Of a stretch of 64,000 bases of DNA, positions 31,273-46,000 are shown piece by piece (position 1 is the first letter of the stretch; each line of letters begins with the position of its first letter). Source of the DNA: the human T2T-CHM13v2.0 reference genome, Homo sapiens; contig CP068257.2 of the NCBI GenBank assembly GCA_009914755.4, positions 14,208,001 through 14,272,000 on the forward strand, given 5' to 3'. The notes below the pieces were generated by a model. It made no database searches, had not been told where the DNA came from, and worked only from the letters and a program-made list of their open reading frames with translations. Both the position numbers and the translations under genes were made by a program.

Positions 31273-32310
31273 TGAAATTTCTTTATATAATTTACCATGT
31301 TAAATATAACTTATAGCTAATAACTTCGGAATTTGAACCTCATAGAACTGTAGTCCATAGCAGATTTCATTTGATTTAAATGACTCTTATTTTGGTTACT
31401 ATGTTATTCCTTCCTACCCCAAAAAAGTTACGTTTTGAAATAATTCAGGGTAGAATTCATATAGATAGAACTTCAGACATCTCAGGAGACCAGTACGCAT
31501 GAATGAACATGTAGGGACCCCTCTAATACGTTTCACATCCATTATGATACAACAATGACCATACACTTTAGTAGTTCTCAGTGTGTGTTCTCCAGATCAG
31601 TAGACAGCTTCAGCAGCTTGGGAACATGTTAGAATTGAAAATTTTTGAGTCCCACCTCAGAGCTGCCAGTTCAGAAACTCTTCACGTAACCTGTGTTACA
31701 ACAAGTCCTTCAGATAATTTTGATGTTTACTAGTTTCAGAGCCACTGCACTAAATGAAACTATTGGTAGCATTTGTGCACTGTAAATTGATGCTGTTTAA
31801 TTTTCATTCACTTGTGCTCTGTTGGAAGCTTTTTTGTGTTTCCTTCACTTGGGATTTCAAGGAAGTATCTAATTTTTTTTTTTTTTTTTTTGCTCAATTA
31901 CATGTAATTGAGAATAAGATAGGTATCTGATTCTCCAAAAGTTCAGCATCTTTATTTTATGATTTAAACTTGTCGAGTTATGCCTCTGGGTCCTGTCATT
32001 CTCCCAGCGAATAAAAATGTGGATGCTTGGGGAAGTGGAGGTGGATGGTAAATGGGAATACTCTTGTTTGAATTTTTAAAAATTTACATTGTAAATAACA
32101 TTAAATACCATTTGTTGTGCCCATGATAACTTCATCCAAAATATATATATTAGTCTGCTAAGATATGCCATAACAAAATAACACAGGCTTGGTGCCTTAA
32201 ACAACAGAAATTTTTCTTCTGGTTCTGGAAGCTGGAAGTCTAAGATCAAGCTGTTGGTGGATTTGATTTCCCCTAAGGCCTCTCTCCTTGGCCTGCAGAC
32301 CACCACCTTC

Positions 32311-32360
32311 TCTCTGTGTCCTCACCTAGCCTTTTCTCTGTGTCCTCACCTAGCCTTTTC
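32311..32360. repeat. 25-26 bp tandem duplication (tctctgtgtcctcacctagcctttt x2)
   Basis: A direct back-to-back repeat; see the ORF-track peptide ..FSLCPHLAFSLCPHLAFSVC. Confidence 0.85.
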
Positions 32361-33677
32361 TGTGTGCTGCATCCCTGGCCTCTCTTCCAGTTCTTATAAG
32401 GACCCCAGTCACATTGGATTTGAGCCCCATCCTTATGAACTCACTTAACCTTAATTATCTCTTTAAGGGCCCTGTCTCCAAACACAGTCATGTTAGGGGG
32501 TTAGGGCTTCAATTTATGAATCTGGGGGACAATTTAGTAAAAAAAATAGTATGTGACAGCCCAGTTTATATACCTGCTTTCCAGAAACAAGAATATGGTT
32601 GTTAATGTCTTCTCTTTAGCCTCAAGATACAGTGCAAATATCTGTAGTTCCGTTCTTACGTAAGCTTTATTTTACTTTTTCTAAAAACTATATTGAAAGT
32701 ATAGCAATCCGAGTTAGAAATTGCTTATAATGCATTCATCTAATCAGCTCAGTGTTCTTACTGAACAAACTTTTATTTCCATGTTTACTCATGTTTATTT
32801 CATCAGTTTCACCTGACATTATACCATGAATATATTTCTGTTTTGCTAGTGTTTTTATTCTTACTGATCACATGTCCCTTTTTCGTCTTCCATACCACTC
32901 CCAGCCTAGAGTTAATGACCACTAACCACCGTAGCCACATACTTTTCCATGTTTGGATAACCTTATGCAGCATATACACCTAAAGGGTGGTGGTTTTTTT
33001 AGGGGGTGGTGGTGGAAGGGGGGAGACGGTCATTGTTTTTACAAAAATTAAATTTCATCTATTTTACACATCCTTTCCCCTGTCTTCCCCTTGTACTTTC
33101 CAACCTTCAGTTTCTTCTTTTTCTAATTAGCTTTGTAGGAGTGACTTAAAATATAATAAAGTGAAATAACATAGCAGTGATAATAATAGAATAAAAATAA
33201 ACGAAACGTGATTGGAGAAACTGCACACATGCACACCAAGATTTCAGATATTCTTATTCCTTCCATGTACAGTTCTCAGTGGGTATTTCAGACCTTCACT
33301 CCCATCCTCAGCCTCTCCTATTCAGTGCCAGCTTCTGTAACGCTGGATGATCTTTTCTTTGCCTAACGAAGAAAACTGGAGATGTTAGGTATGATCCTCC
33401 TTTCAACTTTTGTGCCTCCTATCTAAATTAGTTGTTAACCAGCTTGTAATGAAGGGATAAACATTGATAACCCAATATTATTTAGAAAATAGAAATAGAA
33501 TCAGAATATACTATGAAATGAGCTTACAAATTTCAACAAGTGTCCACTATTTTGGGAGTGTGTTTGCTCTTCTCCAGCAGTAATCCAGAAAGCTCACTTT
33601 TTCCCCCGAGACTATCTCATACAACATGTTTGCCCTGTAGCAAACAGCTCCTTATTTTTTCAGTAATGTAGAGCTAG

Positions 33678-34017
<340 letters not shown>

Positions 34018-34384
34018 CTAGACCCATATTCCTAACCTAGTTCGTCAAAAGCATATGAGGAACTTTTTTTTCTTTAAAGTGTCCAGATGTTATCTCTCAT
34101 GTGTATTACAGGGCTTCAAATGTGAGAATTGGAGTTTAGATAGTTGTTTTTCCAATTTTAATTTAAGATTTGCCTGTGGCCCTACTATGTGATTGAGCCT
34201 AGCTAAAGTAGTGTGGAGGAATTTGCTTTTTACAGTACTGTATGTCACATGAAAGGGCAGGGGTCTTCAGATTGCTGATGTTCCCTCAGCCATAGACCAT
34301 GCCCACTTTTGACGTGCTCTAGCCAAAGCTGCATGAAAATATTTTTCAGTCCCTACTGGATTTTTCTCTTATGAATGGTTAACA

Positions 34385-34625
34385 GTGCAGGTTCTGGAAC
34401 CAAACTACCTGGATTCAGATTCTGGCTCTGCCGTTTATTCGCTGTGTGTTGACCTTGAATGAGTGATTTAACTTTTCCGTGCCTCAGATTCTTCATCTAT
34501 AAAATGGGCATTATGACATAACACACCTTAGAGGATTTTTTAAAAGATTAAATGGGTTTCCAGATATAAAACGTTTAGAAACTGTCTGCCACATTAAGTA
34601 TTCAATAATTGTGAGCCCTTTTTAT
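34385..34625 (-). mobile_element. MIR SINE
   Basis: ctggattcagattctggctctgccgtttattcgctgtgtgttgaccttgaatgagtgatttaacttttccgtgcctcagattcttcatctataaaatggg..gattaaatgggtttcc..cacattaagtattcaataattg, co-linear with the MIR consensus complement. Confidence 0.7.
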
Positions 34626-37600
34626 AGTTTGTCAGTATTGTTTACTCCTGTTCTGGTTTTGAGGATCTTTAGCTTCCATCCTCTACCTGCATTCCTAGTG
34701 TTTTTTTTTTTCTCCCTACTTCTTAAAGTTGTGCTCAAGGTTTGGTACTTGGCCCCTTCCTCATGCTTTTCACTTTTTCTGGTTGTGTCTGTTAGTTTGT
34801 CTTCTTATTCTGCCTCCATGAATCACAGGTCATTGTTTTCTAATCATACCCATGTGAGTTCTAAACCAATACATATTTGCAGTTGTCTTTTCATCACATA
34901 TACCTGGATGTTTCGCAGACACTTTCGACTTGGCACATCTGAATTCATCACTTTTTCCCAAATCTGATTGTCTCATACTCCCTTGATGAAATGATGTAAT
35001 AATCCCAAAATGAATTATTCTCAATTCTACTTTTACCTCCCATTGATTACCAAGTGTCAGCATGTCAGATTTTTTAATACTCCTTAGTACTATGGCTGAT
35101 GAGGTCCGTCATCTCTTAGTTTGACTGTTAGATTTGTCCCTGAGTAGCACTGTCTTTGATTTTGCCCCTGAAATTCATCTTCACACTGTTGACAGAATAA
35201 TCTTTTAAAGTGGTTTGTTTTACATGTCTGTCTTCCACTGCTGGACTGAGCTCTTAACAGGAGATTGTATCTCTTGTTTTTGTAATCCTAGCACCTGTTA
35301 AAATAACTAGCAACTTAGAGGTGCAGTCTTGCAGGTTTTCTGACCCTCCAGTCACCCTAGACCTGCACTGATACAGTTTTCGTTAGCCATTTAAATTTAA
35401 ATAAAATTGAACATTCTGTTAATTAGTAATACTAGCTATATTTCAAATGCTCATAGCCACATGTTACTGTTGACTACTATATTGGACAACATTTTAGAAC
35501 ATTTCGATTATCATAGGAAGTTTCATTGGACAGAGCTGCCCCAGCAGACCTTTGCTGATGTGGATGTCTTTCTGTATTAACATCCTTTTAACATTCAGAC
35601 ACCTCCCAAATGCTAACCTTAATAGATTGGCCTTCAGCATTTATGTCTCTCTATCTTGATCCTGCAATTGATGACTTTACTATGTCTGCTCTGCAGAGAG
35701 CACCACTACCAGCATGTGTCCAATCAGGAAAGCCGACACTACATATTTCAACAGAGGAGATGTGAGTACAGAGGCATTAGAGAGTAACCCGGGGATCACA
35801 ACTGTAGGATGCAGCTACTAGTCCTAAGGGTAAGAAAACAAATGGGAAAAAATTGGGGCTGCCAGAGCCTTAAAGCTCCAAAAAGGGTCATCATGGCATT
35901 AGTGCTCAGACCCCTGAGGAGGCTTACCACCTACCTGCTCATGGTAATTCTGAGGGGTAAAGTAACGACAGTTCTAGAAGTTTCGAAGTAGTTGAAGGCT
36001 GGAATTTGCTGCCGTTATTACAAAGCTGATAGGACTAGCCATCAGAGATGAACTAGATCTTTTTTCATCTTCCTGCCAACTTCCCTGTAGTACTTCCTAC
36101 TGGCAGAACCTAATAAGCAGCAGTCAGAGGGGTCAGAGAAGTGTAGTTTGCAGAGTCCCGGCCTCAGCACACAGAGCAGAGGACAGAAGGGTGGAATTGG
36201 AGCTGAGAAACAATAGATGAAGAACCAGCACACTGGTTTCCTTCAAAGACTCATTTTTATCTAAAGGTATTAGTCCCTAAAACGCCAGATACTCAGGAAT
36301 TTGTAGAGAAATTCTGGGCCCTCAAGAATAAGTGTACTAGTTCGAATTGAAATCTTGTTACTCTTTTCTGTTAAACGAGACTGTAATGCTGCTATATAGT
36401 GCTTAACTTTTAAAATTGACAGTGGATGAATCTGCATATTATAGTCAGGTGTTCATGTCCATCCATTCATTTATTGAGTGCCTACCACATGCCACACAAT
36501 CTATCAGGTGGTATGTATATAAAATAAAACTTAGATAATAAGACAAAAGTAATAATTCACCCAAATTCATCTATAAATCCAGACTTAGGGACTGTTGACA
36601 TTTTTGTGTTCGTGCCTGTGGACATCTTTCTGTGCATATGCATGTACACACATCACAATATCATAAAAAGTTTATAAATGCAGATGTTTCCAAGAAAGTG
36701 TGTATTCATCTACCTCTCTCCTGCTGTATAGTATTTGATTATAAGGAGAATGCTCCATTACTATTTACCTGTGGACATAGAGCATAGGCTGCTACATATG
36801 TCTCTATATACTTTATGCACTTTGTCTTTCCACTAAAATTTCTCAAGGTATAATTTCTGTCTGGGTCACTGAATATGTAGATTTAAAATTTTGAGCTACA
36901 TTTTTCAAACTGCCCTTCACCAAAGATGTTACAGTTTACACTGCCACCAATAGTACATGAGACTGTTCTTTCATACATTCAATAACAGAATATTATTGAC
37001 CTTTAATTTGTTTGATAGCCAAAAGTGTGTTCTTCGCATTTCAAAATTTTTAGTGAGAGCATATTCCAATATGTTAATTGACTATTTGTATTTCTTGTAT
37101 AGTTAACTACCTGTTTACATCCTTTACACTTTTTCTTTTGGGTGTTTATGTCTGTAACTTGGCAGTAGCTCATATTAGGAATCATTATTATACACGTTGC
37201 AAATATTTTTACAATTAGTTTATTTATTATTGCATTATAACCATGCTTACGTAGTGGTGCTCTACTATTTCTGCCTTAGGTATAATGTTTAGAATTTTCT
37301 CTGGTCAGGGTTATAAAAATACTCATGTTTCTCCTGATATTTTTATGATTTCATTTTTAGATCAGTCTTTAATGCAGTTGACAGTTACATTAAAGTAGTG
37401 AAATAGTCAACATTTTCTGTCAGTATTATCTGGTTGTCATAATACCATTTATAAAATAATTCCTGCTCTTCCTCATTGATCTAAAATGTAACTTCCACTA
37501 GATAATCATATTTATGTTTGATATTTACAAATACTATTCAGTTCTATTTTGTCTGTTCAGCTACTTTCACTGATTTAATTATTGTTGCTTCTTGTTTGAC

Positions 37601-38763
37601 TATATATTTAAAATATTTGTTTTATAACTAATACAAGGTTTCATACCTAATAGGTCAAGTATTACTTCCCAACACATACACCCTTATCTCTTTCATAATT
37701 CCATACTCTTTTACAGATAAACTGTAGAATTATTTAATCTTCCTTCAAATACAGGTTCTATTGGTATTCTGATTATAATACAGGATACATAGATACATAC
37801 GACATTGCATGGGTCACATAAATTGTGGCACCTTTTCAATATTAATATTCTTATTCATAAAGAATATTGTTTGTCCTATTAGGTTCATATGCCCCTCAGT
37901 AAAGTTTTTAGATTATTTTTCTTTAGTCAGGTATCTTAATGTGTTTTAATGTTCTTGTATTTATGAATGTGCTCCTTTTTTCTCCCCCTTTACAAAAATG
38001 TTTTCTAATTGAATATTTTCATTTTTTAAATCTCAGAACCTCTTCACACAAATTAGTAAGGGCCTCAGAGAACTTTTATGTTGGCAGGTATGTCTGCTAA
38101 TATTTACCACTTCAGAAATTAAAAATGTAATTGAAAAGTGACATGTCTATGTAACATTTATGTTAGCATAAATATTTTAAGTGAAAAATGGCTAAATTTT
38201 TTGCCTAGCCCTTCTTTTGGAGGCTTGTAGGGAAATAAAATACTGATTATATCTGTCCCTGTACTCACACTTCAAGAATAACACATAGAATTAACTTGGA
38301 ATTTGGACTAGCAAAGACTGAATTATTGATCATCTTAAAAATGGATGGAAATCATTTTTCATGGTAGTCGTATGATTTCTTGGCAATTAGCTAATTTCTC
38401 AGGAAAATTAAGGGTGACAGTGTGGAAGGTAGGCATCTCCGTCAGTGTGGAAATACCACCCTCTAAGACAACTGCTTTATGCGTGGGTTGTACTTCCCTT
38501 GCCGCATAGTTTGAAAATGTCTCCAGGAAGAAAGTTTACCGGGTGTGCTTTACTGCTCTCAAGTATTGCAGCCTTGTGCTATCCATTGTCCAGACACTGA
38601 AAAGAATTGCTTCATATATTTTTACCCAACTTTGATTATTAATGGCAGGAAAGTTATTCAGATACCAACTGTTCCATGATGGTTAAATCTCAGAAATCTA
38701 TAATTCTCATAGAAGATACCATAGGAGAGTATCTTTAAATCTTGGAATAACAATGGGTCTCTT

Positions 38764-38765
<2 letters not shown>

Positions 38766-38809
<44 letters not shown>
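38766..38809. repeat. (CA)22 perfect dinucleotide microsatellite
   Basis: 44 bp of uninterrupted acac... Confidence 0.95.
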
Positions 38810-38811
<2 letters not shown>

Positions 38812-38879
38812 TTAAACATGGTGGAAATTTTTGACAAATTTAACCACATTAAATATTCTGTCCATTAAGATTCCCCAAA

Positions 38880-40100
38880 GATGGTGGAAAGATGGCAGGT
38901 TAGTGGGAGAAGATATTTGCAGCATGCAAGGCAAGATGACAATGCACTAATAACAAAATTTCATAAAACAATGGACTTGGGGCTTGGGAAAAATAATTAT
39001 GACATGCTTTCTGAAGTGTCCCCAGATAGTTTCATAAAAAATGGAGCAAATAGGCTAAAGAAAAACCCATAGACATCATGTTCAAAAGAACTGATGACAA
39101 GGCATGTTCATAACCCATAAAATACAAGTGGATGCAGCTAAATAACTGCAATACTTTTGAAAGAGTTTGGCAGGTTTCGAAGATGTGAGGAGCTACAAAG
39201 CAGATTAAAAAAAAAAAAAAACCTACCACACATACATTTAAATCAATACAAACATGCCTGATAATTAAAACAAAAAAGGCTTGAACAAGCACTTTACCAA
39301 AAAAAAAAAAAAAAAAAAAAACAACGAAAAACTAATCAACGTGGAATGGTGTTCAGTCTTATTAGCAGCCAGGAAAATGCAAGTTAAGGCCACAAGGAGA
39401 TAACACCAAACACATGTAAAACTGAAAAAAAACATTTAGCCATCCTCACTAGCAAATGTTGGTGAAGATGTATCTGTAGTAGTGGGAACACTCATTATAC
39501 TGGTGTGTGTGTAATTCAGTCCAACCACTTTGGATTACTTTAAAAATCTGAAGTTATGAGTATATTCAGCAATTCCTAAGTATTTTTTCTAAAGATATCT
39601 AGATACATGCGTATCATTTTACATGTACAAAATGTTCCTGGAAGCGTAGTTTGTATTAGCAAAAACTGGAAACAAATATCCATCAACAGTAAGCACATAT
39701 TGCACTATATTCATATAATGGAATACTGTACTGCAATAGAGAGCAAACCACGGTGCATGTATCAACAGGAGTGAAATAGTATTGAATGAAATAAGACAAA
39801 AGCACATATAGTGTAATTTATTTAATGTTCCAAAAAACCTTAGGTAAACCCAAAACATACAAGAATGCACTCATGTATAGTAAAACGAAAAAGACAGAAG
39901 GATTGCCATGTAAGTTAGATTAATCATTACTTGTAGGAGGGAGGAAAGATGTATGGTTTGAAAGGGACATTTGGGAGTGGCTATACTTGCTTCTAATATT
40001 CGATTTTGTAATCTGTAAGTTTGCAATTGAAGTTATACACTTGGGATTTAGAGTAGGATTGTCCCTTGGAGATATAAAGTTAAATACAAATATAAATCAT
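38880..40100 (+). mobile_element. ancient L1 (L1M-type) 3'-end fragment
   Basis: Diverged matches to the L1 3' region, including the atccatcaacag..atggaatactgtactgcaatag..aaaccacggtgcatgtatcaacagg..gaatgaaataagacaaaagcacatatagtg motif series. The boundaries are uncertain. Confidence 0.5.
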
Positions 40101-43099
40101 CAGCTCTGAGATGCATTTATAGCCAAGGAAATTCATGATACCATGTAATGAAATGATAACGAAGAGAAGGGCCTACGACGAGTTCTGAGGAGCACTGAAA
40201 GGTTCTATGTTGGAGGGAAAATCTGCAAAGGAAATAGAGACGAATATTGAATGAAGTAGGAAAGTCTGTGTCTCTCAGGAGAATTCTTCCAAGCATAAGA
40301 AGTAGGCACCTGTGTGAAGTGCTTCAGAGTAAAATGAGGATAGATGAGTAGGCAATCTTGACAAGGGTTATTTCCGAATGATGGGGACCAAGGCTCGTCA
40401 GAGTGGCTTCAAGAGTTCAGTGGGGACTTCTTTTCCCAGAAGCATGCATCATACAGCTGGAAAACACTCCCGTTAACAAGACACAGGATTGAAAAAAGTA
40501 TTAATATTGAAACAGTTTTCATGCATTCCTCAGACTAAGAAGGAAGGAAACAATATTCTTAGTGGCCAAGAATCAAGGAAACCTGAAATCATTTTGACCA
40601 ACTGATCTAAAAGGAGGAATAAATTACTTTTCCAGTCTCCCCATAGGAAATTTTACAAAATTATTAATATGTGAAGGGGTGTGGCCCAAAATGAATAAAA
40701 TTACAGAGACTACTGGATTTAATGATATTTATTGGTATTTGTCATATTTTTGTAATTTTAATTTTCATCCTAAATAACTTTCTTCACAATTTTACATTTT
40801 AAAATTTAACAACTTGTCCTCCCAGTATAGATTGGATCGTTAGGCCATGAAACATAATTCTGGTGAGTAAGCAGGGGAAAAAAAAAAAAAGAGCCTAGGG
40901 CCCATGCAAAAGGCAAAATTATCAGGAAAAAGGGAGAAAACTTTCTCCCCCAAAAAAGACAAGAAAACAACTTGCGTTTTTTTATAATTTACTCTAGATG
41001 AAGGGAGCAATTCATACAAGCTGAGTATTTGGTTATGTGTGTTTGAGGCTAGAGTTGACATTGCATAGATTATCTGAAACATCTCAAAATGAGTACTTTC
41101 AAATGGCTCCAGGTTTGTAGTGATCCCAGGAACCTGGCAGTAACAAAATTAAATCCTTTGTGAGTTTAATTGTTAAGTGTTGGCTTTGAGGAACATAATA
41201 TTTTATTTTATTTGATATATATAAGCTGTGACCAAAAGGTAAATATAAACATTTGTAGAAATTTACCAAAAAAAAAAAAAATTATTTCAGATGTGGATGG
41301 TGTAAAAGAATTGACAGAAATAGCATGATAAATATAATCATGTTTATCAAATTAATCATCCCAAAAATGGGGCCTAAATTATCTTTAGAGCCTCTCTCTA
41401 ATTTCATGGTGAGTTGGTTTGGGAGAGGAATCTCCCAGATCCCCGTTCAAGGGAGCGTTTCCTGCTGGCACATCCTTCAGGGTCTACCTCAGCTGCAGAG
41501 GGTCACTAGAGGGCTTACTTTTCCTGCGGTCTCCCACATCTTGGGCCCATGGATGCATGAATAAGTGGTCAAGCCACTTTGGCCCAATGCAGGGCCACGT
41601 ATGCCCTAGAGTCCTTCACTGGGTTGACCATGCCATTGATCATCATAGTTGTACTTCTCTCTCTACCCAATCCTAACTTTCCTAATTCTGTCCACAGATG
41701 CTGATTGATCTAATCTCGGCTTGTGGAGGACGAACCTCTTGCATACACTTACCCAAATAATTTACTGTGATTAGGTTTCTTAGGTATACCGATGCAAAAA
41801 CAGAACGAAATTCATCTTGCAAGCAACTGTCTCTCATTATAGGTTAGTAAATGAGTGTTTTGTTTAATAAACATATCTATTAATTTTATTAATCCAAACT
41901 AGTTCACCTAATAGTACTCAAAATAGCAAAGATAAATGGTTAAGCTAGAGGCTTCCCTAACATGAAAATTGACTAATAATTTTGTTAAATGTCTCTATGC
42001 TGTCACCAGTGTGTATATATTGGCCATTCTTTTGATCACTTTATTGATATATTTTGCTTGCAGTTGAAAAAAAGATAGTTATACTTAGATAACTTGATTG
42101 CTGTCTTCTAAATTCCCAGTAGGTGGTGTCATAATACTGTATTTAGGGATTTTTTTTTATTTATTTAATAAAGTGGAAAAAGAAAGTGCAAATGTGTTTA
42201 CTTAAGTATATGTACTTGCATTTTAAAAGTGTTTTGGTTTTATTATGAGATGACACTGTTATAAACAACTTAATTCCTTATATGTTTCTTCAATTCACAT
42301 TTTTACTAGAAAATATGTACTGACAGTTTTATTCTTTTATTCTCTAGAATGATACAAAACTACCTAGTCAAAAGAACAAGATGGCCACAATGTTTACAGA
42401 AATATTTTCTCATGATCTTTTTTTACTCTCATATCTTAGACATATGAAAAAAAAAAAAACCGTACTTGTCTTGGAAGTCAAACCAGGATCTGTCATTATA
42501 ATTATTGTAACCTTATTTACACTCAAAATATTTTCTATTTTTGGCTACACTTTTCAAAAACTCTCTACATCATAAATAATTCACCTTTTTGGAATTTTGG
42601 CTATTTCTAGTTGAGTTGTAAGTAGTTCTAATTTTTCTACCTTACATTTTAGTAATCTTTATATGTTTACTTTCACAATACAACATGTGCTCAGATAGTT
42701 ACAACTCAGATAGTAGTGTGGCCTCTATGCAAGGATGACTCTCAACATTCCATGAAACATTCCATGTTTTTAATGTCTTCCCAGCTGGGTCATAAGCCTT
42801 TTGAGTGTGTGGCCCGCAAATTAGTAGGTTCTTTTGTTTTTTGTTTTGTAATCACCGAAATGCCTATATATAGTAGTGTTTGGTAAATACATATTGAATA
42901 AATGTGATGCTATGTAAGTTTAAATAATTCTCCTTGACTCTCCCTGTACTCCAGAGATTAGGTGACTTCAGTGTGAAATCTATTGTTTTGCTAATTTAAT
43001 GCTTGTGATACTTCAGTAGTCAAGAATCTGAAGATCTGTACTCTCCACGGGTTGATTTTTAATGGAATGATGTAAATTGTTTTGAGTAGAAAGTGAAAC

Positions 43100-46000
43100 T
43101 AGGCTGAACTTGGCTGATGCCCACCTATGTTGGAAATATTTAAACCAGCCCTAGCCAGAGAGAAATTGCCCATCTGGTGGTCAGAACTTGAGTTCTGGCA
43201 AGACTCGCTGCCACAAGCTAAAGTGCTCTGGTGCCCTAAATTAACTTGAAAGGCAGTCTGGTCTAGGTGAATCCAGGTGCTGAACTGGCCTCAGAACCAC
43301 TGGACTTGGCGGTGGAGGGGGGCATGTAACTTACTGAGACACCAGCCAGGATGGCTAAGGGAGAGCTTGTGCCACCACCCCCCAAACCCCAGGCAGCACA
43401 GCTTGTGACTCCAAAAACCCCTTCCTTCCACTTGAGGAGAAGGGTGTGGGGCTGTAGTAAGGAGAGCTTTCTCCTGCATCTTGGATACCAGCTCAGCCAC
43501 AATAGGATAGGGCACTAGTTAGAGACATGAACCCTCATTTCCAGGCCCTAGCTCCTGGGTGACATTTCCAGACACAGATCAGAAGGGAGTCTGTTGCCTT
43601 GAAGGGAAGAGCCCAGTCTTGGCAGGATTCATCACCTACTAACTGAAGAATGCTTGGGCCCTGAATAACCAGCAGTAATACCCACGTAGTATGCTGTGGG
43701 CCTTGGGTGAGACTCTGAGACTTGGTGGCTTCAGGTACCAGCTTGGCCACAAGGGAGTAGTGCACCAAATGGGCTCTTGGAGATCTCTGATTTAGGCCTT
43801 GGCTTTTGGACAGAATGTTTGGACCTGCCCGTGAAAAGATAGGGAAGAGTGAGAAGAACTGCATCTCATTGTTTGAGTGCCAGCTCAGCTGCAGTAAAAT
43901 AGAATTCCAGGTAGATGTCTCAGATTTTTGACTCCAGTCCCTGGCTTCTGGATGGCACCTCTGGACATGCCCGAGGCCTAGGGAGCTCACTGCCCTAAAG
44001 GGAAGGACACATGCCTGGCTGGCTTTGCCATCACCTGATTTGTAGAGCCCCAGGGACTTGAGTGAACATAGGCAGTAGCCAGGTCGTGGTTACAGTGGAC
44101 CTTGCATGAGACACAGTGCTGTGCTGCCTTCAGGTCTAACCCAGGGCAGTCCCAATAGTAGTGGCGACAGGGGTGCTTGTGTCACCTCACCTCCAGGTGG
44201 CTCAGAATGGAGAAAGACTCTTTGTGAGAAAATAAGAGGACAAGAGTCGCTGTCTAGTAATTCAGAGAATTCTACCAGATCTTTTCCAAGACCACCAAAG
44301 TGCTACATCTACAAGTCTGCAAGAACCACAGCATTACTGGGCTTGGGGTGCCCCCTAATGCAGATATGAATTAGGTCACAACACCCAAGTCCTTTTGAAT
44401 GTCTGGAAAGCCTTCACAAGAAAAATGGGTAAACAACAAGCCCAGACTATGAAGACTATAATAAATACCTAACTCTTCAATGCTCAGACACAGATGAGCA
44501 TGCATAACCGTAAAGACCGTCCAGGAAAACAACCTTGCCAGATGAACTAAATCAGGCACCAGGGATCAATTCTGGAGAAACAGATATGTGACCTTTTGGA
44601 CAGATAATTCAAAATAGCTGTGTTGAGGAAGCTTAAAGAAATTCAAGATCACACAGAGAAGGAATTCAGAATTCTATCAAATTCAACAGAGACTGAAATA
44701 ATTAAAAGGAATCAAGCAGAAATACTGGAGTTGAGAAATACAATTGGCATACTGAAGAATGCATTAGTCTTGTAATAGCGAATTGATTAAGCAGAAGAAA
44801 GTGAGCTTGAAGAGAAGCTATTTGAAAATACACAGAGGAAGCAAAAGAAAAAAGAAAAACAACGAAGCACACCTACAGGATCTAGAAATAGCCCCAAAAG
44901 GGCAAATCTAAGAGTTATTGGCCTTAAAGAGGTGATAGAGAAAGAGATAAGGGTAGAAAGTTTATTCAAAGGGATAGTAGAGAGCTTTTCAAACCTAGAG
45001 GAATATATCAATATCCAAGTACAAGAAAGTTATAGAAAATCAAGCTGATTTAACCCGAAGAAGACTACTTCAAGGAATTTAATAAATCAAACTTCGAAAG
45101 ATCAGGGAAAAAGAAAGCATTCTAAAAGCAGCAAGAGAAAAGAAATAAATAACATTTAAAGAAGCTTCAGTACATCTGCCAGCAGACTTTTCAGGAGACA
45201 GTAGCATGATATTTGTAAAGTGCTGAAGGAAAAATTCTCTTACCTTAGAGTAATACATCCAGCAAAAATATCCTGTAAACATGCAGGAGAAATAAAGACT
45301 TTCACAGACAAACAAAAGCTGAGGGATTTCATTCACACTAGGCCTATCCTACAAGAAATGCTAAAGGGAGAACTTCAGAAAGAAAAAGACATTAATGAGC
45401 AACAAGAAATCATGTGAAAGTATAAAATTCACTGGTAATAGCAAGTACACAGAAAAACACAGAATATTATAACACTGTAACTGTGGTGTGTAAACCACTC
45501 TTAAGTAGAAAGACCAAAAGATGAATCAATCAAAAATAATAACTACAACAATTTCCAAAACATAGTACAATAAGATATAATTAGAAACAACAAAAAATTT
45601 AAAAGTGGGGAGACGAAATTCAGTTGTAGAGTTTTTATTTTCCTTTTTCCTGTTTGTTTATGTTGTTACATAACATAAACTTAACAGTGTTAAGTTGTTA
45701 CCAGCTTAAGATAATAGGTTATAAAATAGTATTAATATTTGCAAGCTTCACGGTTATCTCAAATCAAAAAACATAATGGATACACACGCATAAAAAAACA
45801 AGAAATTAAATTATACTACTAGAGAAAATCACCTTCACTAAAAGGAAGACAGGAAGGAAGAAAAGGAAGGGAAGACCACAAAACAACCAGAAAACAAATA
45901 ACAGCATGGAAGGAGTAAGTCCTTACTTATCAATAATAACATTGAATATAAATAAAGTTTCCAATCAAAAGTGGCTAAATGTATTTTTTTAAAAAAAGAT

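Noticed and set aside
34611-34967. 118-aa plus-strand ORF downstream of a MIR element
   Set aside because: No acceptor or donor context, a low-complexity hydrophobic translation, and it lies in a repeat-rich intergenic stretch. Most likely a chance ORF.
43263-43990. 79-, 74- and 151-aa minus-strand ORFs
   Set aside because: They fall in the 5'UTR region of the plus-strand L1 (antisense). There is no codon bias, splice context or homology, so I treat them as chance ORFs.
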